Source of the DNA: Obrimoposthia wandeli
Lineage: Eukaryota
Assembly (NCBI GenBank): GCA_977020255.1
Contig: CDROCS010000506.1
Coordinates: forward strand, 3,038,001 to 3,102,000
DNA: 64,000 nucleotides
Reading direction: 5' to 3'
This document shows positions 53,624-62,161 of this stretch, piece after piece. The position numbers and the translations under genes are program-made. The notes under the pieces were generated by a model. That model saw nothing but the letters and a program-made list of their open reading frames with translations. It was not told where the DNA came from and did no database searches. Numbering within the stretch: the first letter of the stretch is position 1; each line of letters starts with the position of its first letter.

Positions 53624-54515
53624 CTCAGTGCAAGTCAGTTGTGCACTTTTACTGCTATTGTTTACCGTCTCGTTCTCTGGATTGGCGATCACACCAAGTG
53701 AAGATAACCAAGCAGCTTGTACTGGTAATTGGCATATTGAATTTAAAACCAATTCATCCACTGAAGAAAAGAGCGGACGCAGGGGAGTTTGGATCCCCGG
53801 GGTTATTTATCTCGATAGAAGGTTAGCGACATGTGCTAAATATGTAATCCTTACACCACCGCAAAGAGGTGCGCTGCTGTTGCGCGGTGCTCGCTCTCAA
53901 CATCGTTATGAATTAAAGAATAGTGCTCGTCAAACTCTGACTGTGATAGGTAAAAACAACTATTACATTCCAGTATTGGGTAAGCAAAAATTGGATTTAT
54001 GGTTATATATACCAGGCGGTAAAGACTTCGCTCCGGGGCGCTATCAAGGCACACTCGATGGGGTATTAAATAATAATACCGCGAATGAAATATCGAAGAG
54101 AACGTACACCTTTAATTATCAGGTTGAGCCATATGTCCGAGCTAAAATAGCAACGCTTGCTGGCAGTTGGAATCAGTCATCAGGAACATCTGTGCGCCTT
54201 CACTTGGGGGATTTAACCGCAAAAAACAGTCGTGATTTACCCATATATATAGAAAGTAATGGCCTTGTCAGTATGACGGTGACTTCTTTGAATAAAGGCA
54301 GTCTGGTGAGTGTTACAAATAAGCAAAACAAGGTGCCTTACCAACTCTATTTTCGCGGTAAAAGAATAGACTTAATGAGTCAAACGGCGTTTAGGCTAAA
54401 CAACCGTCAATCTTCTCAACAAAAAATGATCATGTCATTTCAAAATACAGCCAAACCTTTTGCTCGTGCAGGGCAGTATGAAGATATAGTCACTATCAAT
54501 TTAAATGCGAGATAG
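53610..54515 (+). CDS. Putative pilus tip/minor subunit
   Basis: Overlaps the usher stop; signal peptide, Cys pair, C-terminal AGQYEDIVTINLNAR pilin-type strand. Confidence 0.65.
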   Translation: MKIFNSVQVSCALLLLLFTVSFSGLAITPSEDNQAACTGNWHIEFKTNSSTEEKSGRRGVWIPGVIYLDRRLATCAKYVILTPPQRGALLLRGARSQHRYELKNSARQTLTVIGKNNYYIPVLGKQKLDLWLYIPGGKDFAPGRYQGTLDGVLNNNTANEISKRTYTFNYQVEPYVRAKIATLAGSWNQSSGTSVRLHLGDLTAKNSRDLPIYIESNGLVSMTVTSLNKGSLVSVTNKQNKVPYQLYFRGKRIDLMSQTAFRLNNRQSSQQKMIMSFQNTAKPFARAGQYEDIVTINLNAR

Positions 54516-54701
54516 CATGTATTTAGCAGAAAAGAGTCAAAGTTTAGAGCCTGAAGAATAAATCGGTTGGTAAACGCTAAAACTCAATAATGTCGGAAAT
54601 GTTCAATCTTTGCCTGTGTGATATCGCTATTATTAACTCATCAATTTGGTGCAGGCACTGAATAACAGCATTAATCATTATTAATAGACGAGATCATCAT
54701 C

Positions 54702-55757
54702 ATGAATACAGCCATGAACATTACGCCAACACTGCCTCAGTTAGGCTGGAAACCATTTTTCCAACAACAACTGACGTTAGAAGAACTGACTGAATTTATG
54801 ATTGGTCGCGTTGTAGAACAACACCGCAGCAGCCTTGTGGTGATGGCTGAACAAGGCCAAGTCACGTTAACCTTAGCGCCAAACAGCGAGCGCGTTTGTG
54901 TTGGTGACTGGGTATTGTTTGACGAGTCGTTAAGAGCTTATAGAAGCTTAGAACGCCAATCATTGTTTGATCGTAAAGCGCCGGGTTCAAAGGTTGATAC
55001 GCAACTGATTGCCGCGAATATCGACAGCGTGATGATCGTGTGTTCGTTGAATAACGATTTTAACTTAGGCCGTATTGAGCGTTACCTTGCAGTTGCTAAA
55101 GAAGCGCAGGTTGAACCTGTAATTATATTAACCAAAGCCGATTTATGTGACGACGTTGCCGGTAAGCAAGCGGAAGTACAAGCGCTTGATTCATTGCTTG
55201 CTGTGTATGCGGTTAATGCGTTAGACAGCCAAGATCTAGCGCAGCTTAGTAGTTTCTGCAAATCAGGTAAAACCGTGGCCTTTTTAGGTTCATCTGGTGT
55301 GGGTAAATCGACCTTAGTGAATGGCCTGTTAGGGATTGAATCGCAGCAGACGGGTGGCATTCGTGAGGATGATAGCAAAGGTCGCCATACGACAACGTAT
55401 CGCGCATTAAAAATGTTGCCTCAAGGCGGCATGCTAATGGATACCCCAGGCATGCGCGAATTACAACTAAGCAGTTGTGAGACTGGCGTGAGCGAAACCT
55501 TCAGTGAAATAACCGCTATCGCAGCGCAGTGTCGCTTTGGTAATTGTTCGCACGACAGTGAACCGGGCTGTGCGGTTAGAGCTGCAATTGAAGATGGTTC
55601 TTTGCCATTAAGACGCCTAACAAGTTATCAAAAACTAAACCGCGAGCAAGCCATGAATAGCGCGACGTTAGTAGAAAAAAGATCGAAAGATAAAGCGTTA
55701 GGAAAATTAATTAATAATGCGCAAAACGAAGCTAAGCGTTTTAAGAGAGGGGGCTAA
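54702..55757 (+). CDS. rsgA: RsgA/YjeQ family circularly permuted GTPase (paralog type)
   Basis: TKADL, GSSGVGKST, GRHTTT, DTPGMRE, CRFGNCSHDSEPGC zinc finger. Confidence 0.88.
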   Translation: MNTAMNITPTLPQLGWKPFFQQQLTLEELTEFMIGRVVEQHRSSLVVMAEQGQVTLTLAPNSERVCVGDWVLFDESLRAYRSLERQSLFDRKAPGSKVDTQLIAANIDSVMIVCSLNNDFNLGRIERYLAVAKEAQVEPVIILTKADLCDDVAGKQAEVQALDSLLAVYAVNALDSQDLAQLSSFCKSGKTVAFLGSSGVGKSTLVNGLLGIESQQTGGIREDDSKGRHTTTYRALKMLPQGGMLMDTPGMRELQLSSCETGVSETFSEITAIAAQCRFGNCSHDSEPGCAVRAAIEDGSLPLRRLTSYQKLNREQAMNSATLVEKRSKDKALGKLINNAQNEAKRFKRGG

Positions 55758-55820
55758 GTTAAGGGGGATTTTTTAATATCGAATTTTAATGGCAGTCATT
55801 GAATTTGCCGAAGGTTAGAT

Positions 55821-55845
55821 AAAAAAGCCTCCAAATAAGGAGGCT
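55821..55845 (-). terminator. Terminator of the DUF3103-like gene
   Basis: AAAAAAGCCTCC-AAATAA-GGAGGCT, with the U-tract on the minus strand. Confidence 0.75.
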
Positions 55846-55903
55846 AACTTCAATGAACAACGGCATGCCGATTATAATTGACCCAATTAAAGCAATAAAT
55901 TAC

Positions 55904-55935
55904 TTACCTATTTACCTAATTACCTACTTACCTAC
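55904..55935. repeat. Octamer repeat TTACCTAN x4 at the DUF3103-like stop
   Basis: TTACCTAT TTACCTAA TTACCTAC TTACCTAC. Confidence 0.8.
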
Positions 55936-57140
55936 CTTGGGTCAATGACTAGAGGTGTGAAGGTTGCTTTTGCATTGCCCCCTGAACCATAGTGGTTTGT
56001 GTATGTTTCACCTTCTTGTAATGTGTAATAGGCATCGACAAAATCATCGTCATTAGTAAACCAGGCATCAGGTAAGGCTTTGAGTATGCCATTGGTGATG
56101 GTGGCTACAATAGCAAAGCCTTGTACTTCAGGATCTGGGATCGATTTTAAAATTGTTTCAGCAGCAGAGAGAAGTGCCGTAGCAAGCTCTTTGTAATTAG
56201 TACCGTCATCATGCTCCATCAATATCATATCTGCCGCAGCCCAACGATAGCGCTCCCAATGAATGGCGACTTGATTTGGATAGTATTCTTTCTCGGCATA
56301 ATCAAGATAAGGCATTTCAATGATATCCAGCACTGGCTTATCACGGGTTGGGTTAATGCCATTTACTATCGCGTATACCTCTGCAGCACCTGATATCCAA
56401 GGTTCTTGATCATCTTGCAAGCTTATTTGATTAATCACTGTGGTCGATATCGGTTTATCAGCAGTTCTAGACGCGCTGCGCTGAAGATGAACAGACTTGA
56501 GTGGTTTTGCTGAATCAGTGTTTTGCGCTAAGATCTCGCGCATGACAGCTAGCCCTTCATGTACCGTTTGTTGTTTATCTAATTCAACCACGAAAACCGG
56601 TCTGTCCGGCAGCTGGTACACATCTAGCAGCTGAATATTACCATCTACATCATAAGCTTCAATATTAGCCCAGTCTTTATCATTGCCCGCTGGTTCAAAG
56701 GCAAATAACGGTGGCACACCTTGCTGCCAGTCACTTAGCATACTGGCGTCAGCGAGACGAAATTGCACTATATTCGGATTCTCAACACGCATAAAAGAGG
56801 AGCTTTGTGCTGATCGAGTTGATAAACCTTTTGCCGAACGAATCGCTTGCTCGCTTTTATGCAATGCTTTAGTCGCCACGCCGCTCGACTGTAATACTTG
56901 ATCCGCATTGACGGTTAAATTATATCGATTGATGTCAGATTGTAGCGTCGGCAAGATTTGAATATATTGTCGACTGAGTTCCAAGGCTATTTCACGTTTA
57001 GCATTGGAAACACTGATACCGTGTTCAGGTTGTTTTTGAACTATTTGCTTTGTATCGTCAGGTTTCGCTGCAGAAACAAAGGAGGAATTAATTAACGTGA
57101 GAGGCGCGATAACCAGCATCGCTAAAGTTACTTTTTTCAT
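55932..57140 (-). CDS. Secreted DUF3103-like protein
   Basis: Signal peptide; DDQEPWISGAAEVYA, MPYLDY, YPNQ...WERYRW, EHDDGTNY recalled from this Vibrio-type family. Confidence 0.7.
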   Translation of the reverse strand: MKKVTLAMLVIAPLTLINSSFVSAAKPDDTKQIVQKQPEHGISVSNAKREIALELSRQYIQILPTLQSDINRYNLTVNADQVLQSSGVATKALHKSEQAIRSAKGLSTRSAQSSSFMRVENPNIVQFRLADASMLSDWQQGVPPLFAFEPAGNDKDWANIEAYDVDGNIQLLDVYQLPDRPVFVVELDKQQTVHEGLAVMREILAQNTDSAKPLKSVHLQRSASRTADKPISTTVINQISLQDDQEPWISGAAEVYAIVNGINPTRDKPVLDIIEMPYLDYAEKEYYPNQVAIHWERYRWAAADMILMEHDDGTNYKELATALLSAAETILKSIPDPEVQGFAIVATITNGILKALPDAWFTNDDDFVDAYYTLQEGETYTNHYGSGGNAKATFTPLVIDPR

Positions 57141-57355
57141 AGAACATCCTTATCAATTGTTACCCATTTAACCGTTACGGGTTTGATTTAAATCGTATTG
57201 ATAATGATTATCAGTGTCAAAGGCTTTGTTTAAACTATGCTGTGTTAGATTGTTTTTCTGCATTTGGGGGCTTTTAAGTGTGATTAAAGTCGTTATTCAC
57301 TTATGGGTATTTCGAGTTTGTATGCTTATGTTTATACATACTTTATTCCAAGATC

Positions 57356-57380
57356 AAAAAAGCCTCCAAAGAAGGAGGCT
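57356..57380 (-). terminator. Terminator of the phasin-like gene
   Basis: AAAAAAGCCTCC-AAAGAA-GGAGGCT. Confidence 0.75.
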
Positions 57381-57412
57381 CATTTCAATTAACCGCGATG
57401 GTTAATGCATTA

Positions 57413-57820
57413 TTATGCTTCAGTAGTTTCTTTTGCTTTAACTACTTTTTTCGGTGCTGTATCAGCAACAATATTTAGCTCTGCGATCATTGCAGTTAGT
57501 TGGTCAATTTTGCTTTCAACTTCACTGATTTTTGAACCTTGGTCGCCAGTAAAACGGCTAGTGATGCTTTTAGTTTTAGCTTCAACTGAGCTTAACGTGA
57601 TTTTTTTAGAAAAAATTGCAGACGTTTGCTCTTTCAGTTTAGGTTCTACTTGCGTACCGCGCTCAACAAGTGATTCAAATAATTGCGTTGCTTTATCTGA
57701 TGATTTTGATGCTTCATCAACGATAGTGCCATAAACACCAAAACCAGCAGTGATAGATGTTTTTGCAGTGTCTTTTGCAACAGTTAAGATAGTTTGTGCT
57801 TGGTTAAGTAATTTACTCAT
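57413..57820 (-). CDS. Phasin (PhaF/PhaI)-like protein
   Basis: AGFGVYG...LFESLVERGTQVE amphipathic pattern; Lys/Ala-rich tail; GGAG RBS 8 nt before ATG 57820. Confidence 0.55.
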   Translation of the reverse strand: MSKLLNQAQTILTVAKDTAKTSITAGFGVYGTIVDEASKSSDKATQLFESLVERGTQVEPKLKEQTSAIFSKKITLSSVEAKTKSITSRFTGDQGSKISEVESKIDQLTAMIAELNIVADTAPKKVVKAKETTEA

Positions 57821-58018
57821 GATGATCACTCCTAGTTAGGTAATTTTGATTAAGGTTTCTTTCAACTGAGGCAATCATATTGGTTTTATTTAGAAAGATA
57901 ATTCCAGAGTAAAAAATAAATTATCTAAACATTATAAATACTGGCTTTGCTTTTCTAGCCAAGCGTAAAACATACCTTCTGTAACACCGAACCACACATT
58001 CAATACTGATCGTTTGTT

Positions 58019-59686
58019 TTACAGATACTTCTCTATAGGCAATAACTGTAAAAATCCAGATTTAAAGCGTTGCCACTGGCTTGTCTCTGGATCATGATCC
58101 CAGCTTTGTGTTGCTGAATGCCAACGCACATCGCCGTCGTCTAAATCTAGATTCCAGCTGTTATCTACATGCATCGCTTGCTCAATATCATTCGCCAAAC
58201 TTATCGCGACAGCTTCATTTTCAATAATCAAAATAGACTCTGTGTTGAGATAGGTTGAGCGTAAGTTGTAGTTGAACGAACCGATGACCGCGATCTTTCT
58301 ATCAAACACTGCTGACTTAGCATGCAGACCGTAAGCCGCGATTGGTGTGCACTTGGATAGGTCTTTCGTTGATGCTTCACACAGACTAGCGTCAGGCTTT
58401 AACTCAAACAATTGCATGCCGTTTTCAAGCATTTCTTCACGTCGCGCTGCGTAACCAGAATGATTAGCCACTAGGTCGTTAGAGGCTTGAGAGTTGGTCA
58501 GCGCTTTTACCTGCACGCCTTTGCTGGTTAATGTGTGTAATTTGTCGAGCTGACCATCATCGAATATCAGATAGGCAGATTCTAAGAGCACTTCTTGCTC
58601 GGCGTTAACCGCTAATTCGCCGAGTGTTTTGGCTGTCAGTTTCGGTTTGTTGGTATCACTGGCATCGGTAGGTACTGGTTGGTCATAAACAAAACGTGCT
58701 TCTACCCAAGACCATTTATTCATTGCATCATTTAATAAGCGCTTGGCAGTCTGCTTGTCTGCCGGTAACGCGGGATAGTTTTTGTAGTGGGGCGTTGCAA
58801 CTTCATCTAGCAGGGTGAATTCGACAGGTTCTACACTGTTTGTTTGTGAATTATTTTTTTGTGAATTGTTTTGTAGAGAATTGTTTTCTAGATCATCGCT
58901 TTGTAGATCGTCATTTGGTGCATTACCGTCTGTCAGTAAATTAACAGGGTAAGACCATTGGCTGTTCCAGTATTGGCTAAAGCTGGTTTGAATATCGTTA
59001 ACCACAGAACCTGATACCAATACATCGCGATCGCGGAAGTTGATGTGATCAGAAAGATCAAAGTATTCATCACCGATATTACGGCCACCAACAATAGATA
59101 CTGCGCCGTCGACGGTAAATGATTTATTATGCATGCGGCGGTTTAGGCGAGAAAAGTCACCCATAAAATTAAACCACTTAGTGTATCCGCGAGCGGGTAT
59201 TGGATTGAATATGCGAATGTCTATTTGCGAGTGGCTATCAAGTACCGCTAGCAAAGCCTCTCGTTCGTTAAGGTTGATATCATCAAGCATGACTCGAACC
59301 TTAACGCCGCGATCTGCTGCTGCCAACAGGCGACTGGCTAGGTAGCTTCCAGATACATCGCTGTTCCAAATATAATATTGGATATCAATGCTGTGCTCTG
59401 CTGTTTCGATAAGCGCCAAACGCTGGGCCAATGCATCCCAACCGCTATCTAATAATAGGACCGCACTCATTGAAGCCTGTGCTTGATTTGGCAAAGCTTG
59501 TACGAGTTCTTGTTCTGCCTCTGCCTCAAGTTCAGCTTTATGAGTATCAACCAATGTCGATAATGTGCTGACTGGCTGCGTGACCAAGGGCTCTGCAGGA
59601 TGCTTAATCTCTTCGGGCAATGACGCGCACCCTGTCAGCGTGACGATTAAAAATAGGGTGGCAGTGATCTGTTGCAGCACAGGCAT
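58019..59686 (-). CDS. Phospholipase D family lipoprotein (ClsC/YmdC-like)
   Basis: Lipobox LTGC, two HKD motifs (HNKSFTVD, HAKSAVFD), GGRNIGDEYF. Confidence 0.9.
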   Translation of the reverse strand: MPVLQQITATLFLIVTLTGCASLPEEIKHPAEPLVTQPVSTLSTLVDTHKAELEAEAEQELVQALPNQAQASMSAVLLLDSGWDALAQRLALIETAEHSIDIQYYIWNSDVSGSYLASRLLAAADRGVKVRVMLDDINLNEREALLAVLDSHSQIDIRIFNPIPARGYTKWFNFMGDFSRLNRRMHNKSFTVDGAVSIVGGRNIGDEYFDLSDHINFRDRDVLVSGSVVNDIQTSFSQYWNSQWSYPVNLLTDGNAPNDDLQSDDLENNSLQNNSQKNNSQTNSVEPVEFTLLDEVATPHYKNYPALPADKQTAKRLLNDAMNKWSWVEARFVYDQPVPTDASDTNKPKLTAKTLGELAVNAEQEVLLESAYLIFDDGQLDKLHTLTSKGVQVKALTNSQASNDLVANHSGYAARREEMLENGMQLFELKPDASLCEASTKDLSKCTPIAAYGLHAKSAVFDRKIAVIGSFNYNLRSTYLNTESILIIENEAVAISLANDIEQAMHVDNSWNLDLDDGDVRWHSATQSWDHDPETSQWQRFKSGFLQLLPIEKYL

Positions 59687-59806
59687 TTGTAATACTTCCT
59701 TTGATTATTTAGGTAACCATATCATTAGGGGCTGTTTTCTGCTTATTTTTTTATATACAGTGTCTATATGGAAGTCACAATATTTGAATAGTTATATTAA
59801 GGAGTC

Positions 59807-60010
59807 ATGATGAATAGTAGATTAAAATGTACGGCTACAGCGTTGGTACTTGGGCTGTTTTTATCTGGGTGTACCACTAAGACTGAAACTATCGAAATTA
59901 TTAACCCGACCGACTTTATTGACAACACCGCCGCTGTTAACACGATCGATACGATTAACAATTCACAACTGATTGCGGTGACGGGGTTTGATATCCACTT
60001 ATTGGCATAA
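59807..60010 (+). CDS. Small lipoprotein
   Basis: AAGGAG RBS, lipobox LSGC, 67 aa. Confidence 0.55.
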   Translation: MMNSRLKCTATALVLGLFLSGCTTKTETIEIINPTDFIDNTAAVNTIDTINNSQLIAVTGFDIHLLA

Positions 60011-60037
60011 TAAAATTATTTAAGGAAAGGCATTCGC

Positions 60038-60994
60038 ATGTTTTGGCAGTCTCTTTATTTTTCATTTTCTGTGACCGGTCCTATCTGCATATTATTGTTT
60101 TTGGGCTATTTTCTAAAACGCATTAAATTTTTGAACGATGCTTTTGTCGATACTGCATCGAAATTAGTTTTTAAAGTGACCCTACCTGCCTTGCTTTTTT
60201 TAAGTATTGTTAATTCCGATAAGACGGTCGAAATTAATGCCAGTTATATTGCTTTTGGCCTTGTCGCGAACATTGCTTTCTTTTTGTTTATCACCCTTGC
60301 CTGCAAGTTATGCATTCAAGATAAACAAAATCATGGGGTGATTATTCAAGGCGGGTTTCGCTCAAACACAGCGATTATAGGACTTGCTTATGTGGCGAAT
60401 GTCTATGGTGATTCTGGCGTTGCGCTAGCGGCAGTCTATGTTGCGTTCACGACCGTGTTATATAATATTTTAGCCGTTATATGCTTAACCCCAACACAGT
60501 CAAAGCTAGGTTTAGCAGGGCTCAAAGATATAGTTATTTCAATTGCTAAAAACCCATTAATTATAGGCATTATGCTTGGCGTATTGTGTTTAACGTTAAA
60601 CATAAAAATACCCACCGCGCTAGTAAGTACGGGGCAGTATTTTGCCAATATGACGTTACCTTTAGCGTTATTATGCACTGGCGCAACACTTAATTTATCG
60701 GCGTTACGCAGTGATGGTCGTCATGCTTGGTTTGCGAGTTTGTTTAAGCTACTGCTGGCGCCAATCTTGATCACTGGTAGTGCGTATTTGTGGGGGTTTA
60801 GTCAGCTAGAAATTGGTTTGTTATTTTTTATGACTGCTGCACCGACTGCCGCCGCGAGTTATGTGATGGCACGTTCAATGGGGGCCAATGCGGATCTTGC
60901 CGCTAATATCATCGCGATAACGACCGCAGGATCAATCATCACTTGCAGCTTAGGTATTTCGTTCTTGCACAGTGTTCATTTTTTTCCATCGTAA
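60038..60994 (+). CDS. AEC family transporter
   Basis: LVFKVTLPALLF, RSNTAIIGL, LPLALLCTG, PTAAASYVMA. Confidence 0.88.
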   Translation: MFWQSLYFSFSVTGPICILLFLGYFLKRIKFLNDAFVDTASKLVFKVTLPALLFLSIVNSDKTVEINASYIAFGLVANIAFFLFITLACKLCIQDKQNHGVIIQGGFRSNTAIIGLAYVANVYGDSGVALAAVYVAFTTVLYNILAVICLTPTQSKLGLAGLKDIVISIAKNPLIIGIMLGVLCLTLNIKIPTALVSTGQYFANMTLPLALLCTGATLNLSALRSDGRHAWFASLFKLLLAPILITGSAYLWGFSQLEIGLLFFMTAAPTAAASYVMARSMGANADLAANIIAITTAGSIITCSLGISFLHSVHFFPS

Positions 60995-61042
60995 GAGCAT
61001 GCTCTTAAATCTGTCTATGGGTATATCCCAAATTTAATTCAT

Positions 61043-61117
61043 TTCCATGTTTATCGAAATAACGTTGACATCGTTTTATCACATCGGTATATTACAACTA
61101 TTCCAGAAACATCGAAA
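61043..61117 (+). promoter_or_regulatory. Sigma70 promoter flanked by two operator-like repeats
   Basis: TTGACA (61065) -17 bp- TATATT (61088); TTCCA-N5-ATCGAAA at 61043 and 61101. Confidence 0.65.
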
Positions 61118-61155
61118 CATTAAATAGAAACAACAAAAAGACAGAGGCAGATATT

Positions 61156-62073
61156 ATGTTTGAAATTACACAAGACATGGTGATGGACACACTCGGAATG
61201 TTTGCATTCCTTGCAGTTGAATTAACAATACTATTTTTATTGATTAGCTATATCGTTGGCGTATTACAAGAATATATTCCACCATCAAAGATACAAAGTA
61301 TCCTAAGTGGTAAAAACGGTAAAGGTTACTTTGTTGCGGGCCTACTCGGTGCGATAACACCGTTTTGCTCATGTTCTACAATTCCTTTTCTTAAAGGACT
61401 GTTAAGAGCAAAAGCCGGGTTTGGTACTATGATGGTATTTTTATTCGCAAGCCCACTGCTTAACCCAATTATCATTGGTTTATTTGCGGTCACATTCGGC
61501 CTTGAAGTCACGGTATTCTACTTCGTTATCGCCATGGGTGTATCTGTTATTGCGGGTTACACATTGGAAAAACTAGGCTTTGAAAAATACGTTAAAGCAG
61601 AAGCATATATAACGCCAGAAGCAAAAGGTTGTGCGACAGCGTGTGGTGGTAAAAAAGCGCCTGTGAACAAATGGAAACGTATTTGGAACACAACTTGGGT
61701 TGATTTCAAAAAAGTAGTGCCGTATTTAGTCGGTGGTATCGCTCTTGGTTCAATGATTTACGGCTTTATGCCAACTGAATTTGTAGCGAGTGTAGCAAGT
61801 GCTGACAACCCGTTTGCTATCCCAGTTGCAGCTGTAATTGGTATTCCACTGTATATCAGAGCTGAAGCGGTGATTCCTTTAAGTGCAGCATTAGCAGCAA
61901 AAGGCATGGGACTTGGCGCGGTAATGGCATTGATTATTGGTAGTGCGGGTGCAAGTTTAACGGAAGTTGTATTACTAAAATCTATCTTTAAAAACCAAAT
62001 GATTGCAGCGTTCTTATTCGTCATTCTTAGTATGGCAATTGGTGCGGGCTTCCTTTACGAATTTATCTTCTAG
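61156..62073 (+). CDS. ArsP/DUF318-type permease
   Basis: TPFCSCSTIP, FLFASPLLNP, GIPLYIRAE, GAGASL-type motifs. Confidence 0.85.
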   Translation: MFEITQDMVMDTLGMFAFLAVELTILFLLISYIVGVLQEYIPPSKIQSILSGKNGKGYFVAGLLGAITPFCSCSTIPFLKGLLRAKAGFGTMMVFLFASPLLNPIIIGLFAVTFGLEVTVFYFVIAMGVSVIAGYTLEKLGFEKYVKAEAYITPEAKGCATACGGKKAPVNKWKRIWNTTWVDFKKVVPYLVGGIALGSMIYGFMPTEFVASVASADNPFAIPVAAVIGIPLYIRAEAVIPLSAALAAKGMGLGAVMALIIGSAGASLTEVVLLKSIFKNQMIAAFLFVILSMAIGAGFLYEFIF

Positions 62074-62115
62074 GGCATTTGTTAGGTTATTTTTTAGGTT
62101 ATCGTTAAGCAATAT

Positions 62116-62140
62116 AAGGCCACATCGTTTGTGGCCTTTT
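62116..62140. terminator. Hairpin between the convergent permease and YjiH-like genes
   Basis: AAGGCCACA-TCGTT-TGTGGCCTT followed by TT. Confidence 0.7.
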
Positions 62141-62161
62141 TACTTTATGAGATTCTTTATA

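Noticed and set aside
48927-54515. Curli (csg) operon because of the CsgD-like regulator
   Set aside because: Downstream genes are chaperone/usher type, with no curlin repeats or CsgG.
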